IMG/VR virus record: IMGVR_UViG_3300043173_000265
Span: 1-32,228 of that record
Direction: 5' to 3' (one strand)
DNA: 32,228 nt
From: a virus
Taxonomy: Duplodnaviria > Caudoviricetes
Shown here in pieces: positions 27,292-32,228 of the stretch. Position 1 is the stretch's first letter. Each line of letters opens with the position of its first letter. The position numbers were made by a program, and so were the translations under genes. A model generated the notes under the pieces. That model made no database searches and had not been told where the DNA came from. It saw only the letters and a program-made list of their open reading frames with translations.

Positions 27292-27570
27292 ATGACAAAA
27301 ATGAAAACAAAACTCCTGCCCCTCAAGGGTAAATATTACGGAACCGAAATCAAAATCGGCGACAACACAATAACGATTTGGGGTTGTAATCATACTGGCA
27401 ATCCAAGTTATAGGGAGAAAATGTCTCTGTCTTGTCATGGCGACATATCTGAATGTGATGGCGACTACCGTTGCACAGGAAAACGGTGCGAGGCAATTGA
27501 CTCGTCACATTACGAAGATGCGGGCGATTTGGAAATTGCCAATCGCATAGTCGCCGCGCTGTCGAAATAG
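27292..27570 (+). CDS. Hypothetical protein
   Basis: GAGG RBS, Cys-containing, 92 aa. Confidence 0.6.
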   Translation: MTKMKTKLLPLKGKYYGTEIKIGDNTITIWGCNHTGNPSYREKMSLSCHGDISECDGDYRCTGKRCEAIDSSHYEDAGDLEIANRIVAALSK

Positions 27571-27836
27571 TGAGGCCCAGAAATATGGATTATAAGCTTG
27601 TGAATTTACTGCACCCCGACAAGGGTCAGGTGCGAAGAGTGATCCACGGCGCTGTACGCGAGGCACTCAAAGCCCACGCGCCCGACCTACCAAAGAACAT
27701 CGCCGGTCAAGTCGCGGGCGGCGCCAGCAAGCGTGCGATGAACAGTTTGGTGAAGGGCGACGGGCCTCTAGCAAAATATTATCAGCGAGAGGCGGAGCAT
27801 GAAAAAAACCACCAGAACCCGCTCGACCAAACGTGA
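27570..27836 (+). CDS. Hypothetical protein
   Basis: Tiles the operon; start may be ATG 27585 after gaggcccaga. Confidence 0.55.
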   Translation: MRPRNMDYKLVNLLHPDKGQVRRVIHGAVREALKAHAPDLPKNIAGQVAGGASKRAMNSLVKGDGPLAKYYQREAEHEKNHQNPLDQT

Positions 27837-28036
27837 CCGACGTAAAGCAAAACAAGGCAATTGGCGTCGCCCAGGCCGATCCAATCCAAAAAAGATTGGC
27901 CATGGAGGCGCAGGACAGAAATGAATCTTATGCAAGGAAGCAGGACCACGTTCCCCGCACGCCCATGCTCTGCCACACAAATCGGGCCGGTGGTTAATGA
28001 GGCGGGGCCTTGCGCCAGATTGGTGGGAATAAACCA

Positions 28037-28216
28037 TTGACCTCACCCAACAACAACGATAGACTGCGAGAGCAGCATAGAAAACACCAGAGCGACTGGC
28101 GCCAGCGTCAACGCGACCGAGGTTTGAAAACAACAACCGTATACGCATACCCGGACGATATCCAGAAAGTGCGGGATCATGCGGCGGGATTGAGGAGAAA
28201 ACACAAATGCATGTAA
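28037..28216 (+). CDS. Small basic protein (RQRQRDRGL motif)
   Basis: Pattern of small DNA-binding/antitoxin-like proteins; start uncertain. Confidence 0.45.
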   Translation: MTSPNNNDRLREQHRKHQSDWRQRQRDRGLKTTTVYAYPDDIQKVRDHAAGLRRKHKCM

Positions 28217-28413
28217 TCGAAAAAATTGGGATCATGCGAGACGCCATCATGGAGGCGGAGTTTTTGTTGAAAATGGAATCTGAACTGAACGCCGCCCTGG
28301 TTGGTGACGACCCCCTTACCAAAATGCTGCGGCTTCGACTGGAAGATTTTAAAGACGCCAACGTTAAAGCGGTAGCCGCAATGCGTGGCGAAGAAAGGGA
28401 TAAACATAAATGA
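28207..28413 (+). CDS. Hypothetical protein
   Basis: GAGGAG RBS. Confidence 0.6.
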   Translation: MHVIEKIGIMRDAIMEAEFLLKMESELNAALVGDDPLTKMLRLRLEDFKDANVKAVAAMRGEERDKHK

Positions 28414-28425
28414 TCAGACGGGCGA

Positions 28426-28749
28426 ATGACTGAAATCCCAGACGGACCATCACCTAAGCTAATGCGCTGGTCAGCAGATGACCTGGAGCGGCATGGGCAG
28501 GTTGAAACGGCTTACGGTCCCGGTTTACGTGGAACTGAGGGCATCGGAGCAGAGGCGTTGCGCTGGGGTGCGGATGAAATTGAACGGCTGCGAGTGGCGC
28601 TAAAAGAATACAAAGCCGTTGATGCTGAATACCACCAGCAGATTAGGTTGAACAACGAACGGATGCGGACGGCAATGTTAGATTGCTCCGGGACATGCAG
28701 CGATCATTACGACATAATATCCAAATCAGAAAAGGCGCCAGCCTCGTGA
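28426..28749 (+). CDS. Hypothetical protein
   Basis: GADEIERLR motif common in phage early genes. Confidence 0.65.
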   Translation: MTEIPDGPSPKLMRWSADDLERHGQVETAYGPGLRGTEGIGAEALRWGADEIERLRVALKEYKAVDAEYHQQIRLNNERMRTAMLDCSGTCSDHYDIISKSEKAPAS

Positions 28750-29090
28750 GAGACCAGCGTAAATGAATTACTCCAGCGTTGTCGGTATAGACAGCAGGGC
28801 GCTGGATCACTACCAGTCGGGAATACTGTGGGGCGGCCCTTTTCCTGACAGCCTAGAGCGAAAAGCAGACGGGCGGGCCAAGGTGAAACAGATATCGCCT
28901 TATAGGAACTGCTGACTGATAGCTGACTGTTGAGACTATCAGGTCCATGTGCGACGGATGACACCGGGTGCAAGACGGCTCTGCTACCTTCTCTTTTGAG
29001 TGGGCTAGTAGAGCTATGCCCAGAATACTCAGGACTCGCCGGGTGCATGACAGTAGTTAAACAGGAATACGCAGCACATGAAAACGGAAG
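28750..29090 (+). ncRNA. Candidate structured non-coding RNA or replication element
   Basis: Longest gap in a tightly coupled operon, with six helices identified by eye. Confidence 0.5.
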
Positions 29091-29094
29091 GAAG

Positions 29095-29283
29095 ATGAAA
29101 ATGGAAGACGTAAAAATTGATGAAATGCTCCACGCGCTTCTTGAGCAGATTGATTATGACACGGCGAAGTCATACCGAGTCGAAACGGCGGAAGAGCCCG
29201 ATTATGTTGAGGGCGAGATGGAGCTACTACGTCAAATTGTCCGTCAGTTTGTCCTAGCGAGGCCGCCACAAACACAGGCGTAG
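29095..29283 (+). CDS. Acidic hypothetical protein
   Basis: GGAAGGAAG RBS; start 29095 or 29101. Confidence 0.6.
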   Translation: MKMEDVKIDEMLHALLEQIDYDTAKSYRVETAEEPDYVEGEMELLRQIVRQFVLARPPQTQA

Positions 29284-29293
29284 AGGAAGGAAG

Positions 29294-29497
29294 ATGAAAA
29301 TGCACACAAAACCAATGCTAGACAGTGCCGGGGCTTTTCGCGAGGTTGAATTTCGACTCCCATGTCGAAAGTGCGGGAGGAAAACCGTTACGTGCAAGGC
29401 GTGGGATTCATCATGTGGAGGTTACATTGATTACAAATATAAATGCCAAGCCGAAGCCTGCGGTTATACGTGGTGGATTGATGGGTCGGATGCGTAA
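29294..29497 (+). CDS. Zn-ribbon protein
   Basis: CRKCG...WDSSCGGYIDYKYKC...CG..WWIDG. Confidence 0.7.
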   Translation: MKMHTKPMLDSAGAFREVEFRLPCRKCGRKTVTCKAWDSSCGGYIDYKYKCQAEACGYTWWIDGSDA

Positions 29498-29546
29498 TTA
29501 GCCAGCGTGGCGGCGCAACCCGCCAGACGATGTGCAGTAGAGAGGA

Positions 29547-29813
29547 ATGATGATGGCTACTTGGCGAGAACATTTAGTGGCGGATTTGGGCGCGAATAAA
29601 GAATGCTGGGACGATGTTGAGCATTCCACGCTAACTGACGATGAGTTGGATGTCGAGTTTGACGACGGGTACGGCGGCTCTCGGGGGAAGAATTTCACTC
29701 TTTGGACAGAAAACCGCGTTTATTTTCCTGTTGTGTATGATGGTGCTGAGTGGACGGGTTCTGTGCCTAGAAATCCGTGCAATGAAGCATCGGGACATCA
29801 TGGCGGTGAATGA
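29547..29813 (+). CDS. Conserved phage hypothetical protein
   Basis: EFDDGYGG..G..FTLWT..RVYFPV.YDGAEW..SVPRNP. Confidence 0.75.
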   Translation: MMMATWREHLVADLGANKECWDDVEHSTLTDDELDVEFDDGYGGSRGKNFTLWTENRVYFPVVYDGAEWTGSVPRNPCNEASGHHGGE

Positions 29814-29814
29814 A

Positions 29815-30108
29815 ATGAACGTCGACGTAAAATACTACTACTCCGGCAAACAACTCCTAGGCCAGTCTGCCGGCGGCTACCTGCACAACATTTACACGGC
29901 TGTCGGGGAGTACGAAAAGCCCCTAGAATGGATTGAGGAAACGCAGATAAGATATGACGCCTGGAGGGCCCTAGGGGCGACCGATAAGGAAGCGAGATTG
30001 GCGGCTAGGGAATACATCGGCGGCTGTCTGCGTAGACACAATGAGGATACGAAGGCGGCGGCTGAGATTGATTTCAAGGCATTACGGGAAAGGGCGGCGG
30101 CGATATGA
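29815..30108 (+). CDS. Hypothetical protein
   Basis: GGTG RBS; start MNVDVKYY. Confidence 0.55.
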   Translation: MNVDVKYYYSGKQLLGQSAGGYLHNIYTAVGEYEKPLEWIEETQIRYDAWRALGATDKEARLAAREYIGGCLRRHNEDTKAAAEIDFKALRERAAAI

Positions 30109-30260
30109 ACGAAGCGGAACGTGACCGGGAGCCGATAGATGACAACCACGTCAGCTATAAAGAGTTACTGCGAATGTACGACGAACTAGTCGAAGAGGTG
30201 AGCCGCCTGCGAACCGATTTGATTAATTTGCGGGCTGAGTTGAATTTGATGGACGAATAG
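30105..30260 (+). CDS. Short coiled-coil protein, 51 aa
   Basis: ATGA-coupled; translated by hand. Confidence 0.5.
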   Translation: MNEAERDREPIDDNHVSYKELLRMYDELVEEVSRLRTDLINLRAELNLMDE

Positions 30261-30275
30261 CAAAACGAGGCCCAC

Positions 30276-30680
30276 ATGACCCCCGAAGAAGTAATCACCG
30301 CAATCAAAGAAGGCTGGCCCAACGCAGCCGCCAATTCGGATTTTTGGCGGGTTCAATACATCAAACAGCTAGATCGCCACAGCGGCCCGGATCTGGCGGC
30401 AGGCTGGCAGCGGGTGCTTGAAGACAACCCCAGCGGAACACCCCCGAAACCCGACCAGATTGCGAAAAAATGTAGGGAGTTGAAACAGGGTAAGCCCCAG
30501 GCTTATCAGTCACGAAAGCCAGAACCCCCACCCCCGTCAAAACAACTAACCCCACAAGGCCTGGCAGACACCAAGCTGCGAATGGCCGAAACGCAGGCTG
30601 AGATAGACAACGGGACGGCAGGTCCAATGGCAGAAACGTTGATGCGAGTGTGGCAGGGTGCTATAGATAGCAAGCAGTAG
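30276..30680 (+). CDS. Putative helicase loader-like protein (lambda P / SPP1 G39P-like N-terminus)
   Basis: I...WP...W...L........A...V.......PPKPDQI...C pattern; position in the rightward arm. Confidence 0.45.
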   Translation: MTPEEVITAIKEGWPNAAANSDFWRVQYIKQLDRHSGPDLAAGWQRVLEDNPSGTPPKPDQIAKKCRELKQGKPQAYQSRKPEPPPPSKQLTPQGLADTKLRMAETQAEIDNGTAGPMAETLMRVWQGAIDSKQ

Positions 30681-30717
30681 ACCGCCGCTGACGTGTAATG
30701 ATGAGGATTATTTAACC

Positions 30718-31059
30718 ATGAACAACAACGTAGAAATTGACGACGTAGAAACCGACGATTTTCTTGAGATCGCAGTCAAAGAGGCCATCGCACAAGGTTG
30801 GTGCGAACCAGAGGCGAGCAACAAGGAAATGGATGTCACGCTGGCACTTGCTATCGCTAAACCTGTGCATCGGCTGGTGAAGAATTGGTATGAAACCGCT
30901 GCGCAACACGCCCGCAATGAAGAATATTATCGGGGGCTTGTTCAGGAGATTGGGGCCATGCTCGGTGTGGACGCATTCATCAGCGACGACGGTTCCGTTC
31001 AAGAAGATGTTTTGTGCGCCAAGATACCAGAACTGATCCGCACGCGGCTGTCGCAGTAA
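30718..31059 (+). CDS. Hypothetical protein
   Basis: GAGGA RBS, 113 aa. Confidence 0.7.
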   Translation: MNNNVEIDDVETDDFLEIAVKEAIAQGWCEPEASNKEMDVTLALAIAKPVHRLVKNWYETAAQHARNEEYYRGLVQEIGAMLGVDAFISDDGSVQEDVLCAKIPELIRTRLSQ

Positions 31060-31071
31060 ACGAAGGTAAGT

Positions 31072-31581
31072 ATGAACGACGAAGTAAAGCCAAACCGCTG
31101 GCGCCAACAACACGCAGCAATCGAAGGCGACACGTCCCCGGCCATAATCCGTCACGGTGAACAGGTCATGGATGCCAACGAAGAAATAGGCGACCCGTTC
31201 ATTGTCCGCGACGTGATAATGATTATGGAACAGCGCAACACAATCTCAGGCAGACAGGTGGATGCTGCGCGTAAGTTTGAACATGACTTTGCCAGGGCCA
31301 GTTTAAACGGCTACCAGGCCCCCGACCTATCCCGTGTGATGGGGGAGGGCACAAATTCCGGGGGTGAGCCGGAGCGGGTGTTGATTGCCCGTGACAGGGT
31401 GAATTCAGCCATCAAGGCATTGGGTGGAATTAATTGTCGCACAGCAGACGCCGCGTGGAAGGTCTTTGGCATGGGAGAGTCAGTCCGGGGATACTCAGTG
31501 AAACAAAACGTGAATAGATATAATATCGCTGGCGTGTTGACTGCGGCGTGCGATGTTTTGGCTGAGCATTACGGTTTGTGA
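31072..31581 (+). CDS. Late regulator at the Q position (DUF6456-like)
   Basis: ISGRQVDAARKFEHDF...ARDRVNSAIKALG...V...G.S...DVLAEHYGL; directly precedes a promoter. Confidence 0.7.
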   Translation: MNDEVKPNRWRQQHAAIEGDTSPAIIRHGEQVMDANEEIGDPFIVRDVIMIMEQRNTISGRQVDAARKFEHDFARASLNGYQAPDLSRVMGEGTNSGGEPERVLIARDRVNSAIKALGGINCRTADAAWKVFGMGESVRGYSVKQNVNRYNIAGVLTAACDVLAEHYGL

Positions 31582-31600
31582 ACGTCGTTCAAGAAAACAC

Positions 31601-31630
31601 TTGACTGGATATCCGAACATAGCCTAAAAT
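31601..31630 (+). promoter_or_regulatory. Late promoter candidate (pR'-like)
   Basis: TTGACT-N18-TAAAAT. Confidence 0.6.
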
Positions 31631-31666
31631 CGTCATAATTCCGATTATTGCGGAATAACCTACACG

Positions 31667-31693
31667 CCCGCGCAGGAAACTGTTGCGGGTTTT
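31667..31693 (+). terminator. tR'-like terminator candidate
   Basis: CCCGC-GCAG-GAAA-CTGT-T-GCGGG followed by TTTT. Confidence 0.5.
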
Positions 31694-31774
31694 GCATCCC
31701 CCCACCACCGCCGACGATGACAAAACACTTAACCCAAGAGCGGCGGGAACGGTGGGGTATTTCATGGAGCGTCC

Positions 31775-32227
31775 ATGCCGATAGTCTCGAGTCGCACCGG
31801 CATGGACGTAATGCAGGCAGACGGCACCCGAAAAGTGCATTGGTATTTCACGGACCAGACCGGTAAAGAACATACCCATCGAATGCGTAATGTGCCTGTT
31901 GATTTCGATGTTGTCGTTGAAATGCCCAAGCAGCAGGCTATTCATGACCAGAGATTGCTCAAGCGGGAACGCCAGCAAATTGAACGCGATATCGAAGACG
32001 GCGTTGCCGTTGCCGACATCACCCGCGCTCACCTGACCTCTCGTCAGGCCATCAGGCCGTTAATTCGGGCTTTTATGCGTATGCCGTCAAGCCCCGGTTC
32101 AGTGAAGGTGGCTGAATGGGTGCGCGATAACGTCTCAAACGCCATTCTGGATGTTGATTTATCGCCTGCAATCCGCACCAGAATCAGAACACGTATCACT
32201 GACCTTATCGCCATAAAAGCTGATCTT
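31775..32227 (+). CDS. First late gene, hypothetical, 3'-truncated (MPIVSSRTG...)
   Basis: GGAG RBS; frame open to the window end; absent from the ORF track. Confidence 0.6.
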   Translation, partial: MPIVSSRTGMDVMQADGTRKVHWYFTDQTGKEHTHRMRNVPVDFDVVVEMPKQQAIHDQRLLKRERQQIERDIEDGVAVADITRAHLTSRQAIRPLIRAFMRMPSSPGSVKVAEWVRDNVSNAILDVDLSPAIRTRIRTRITDLIAIKADL

Positions 32228-32228
32228 A

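Noticed and set aside
28930-29094. N-terminal extension of ORF 28930-29283
   Set aside because: TTG start without an RBS; a good RBS precedes 29095/29101, so the upstream part is treated as non-coding.
31589-32032. Minus-strand 147-aa ORF
   Set aside because: Overlaps the late promoter region and a better supported + strand ORF with an RBS.

Overview
This window is a large part of a tailed-phage genome (or prophage) with a P22/podovirus-like virion module and lambdoid layout. The host is probably an alphaproteobacterium, given the GapR/DUF2312-like, GcrA-like HTH and DUF6456-like genes. Positions 1-16262 (+) hold late genes: structural proteins, a gp4-like adaptor, a gp10-like tail hub split into two genes, tail fibre proteins, a GNAT protein, three ejection-type proteins and a lysis region. 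Positions 16278-23783 (-) form the leftward early arm with micro-ORFs, SSB, an ERF-like recombinase and a pentapeptide-repeat protein. Positions 23784-23923 carry back-to-back promoters with no cI gene. Positions 23924-31581 (+) form the rightward arm (Cro-like, HNH, GapR-like, resolvase, P-like loader, Q-position regulator), followed by a late promoter/terminator and a truncated late gene. No terminase, portal, capsid, integrase or replication initiator is recognisable. The three most notable observations are: (1) an array of five micro-genes separated by two strictly alternating junction repeats with an AAACGAG core; (2) a ~340-nt helix-rich non-coding element in a replication module that lacks an initiator; (3) the split, domain-decorated tail hub. 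All protein calls come from motif recognition and synteny only; no searches were run.
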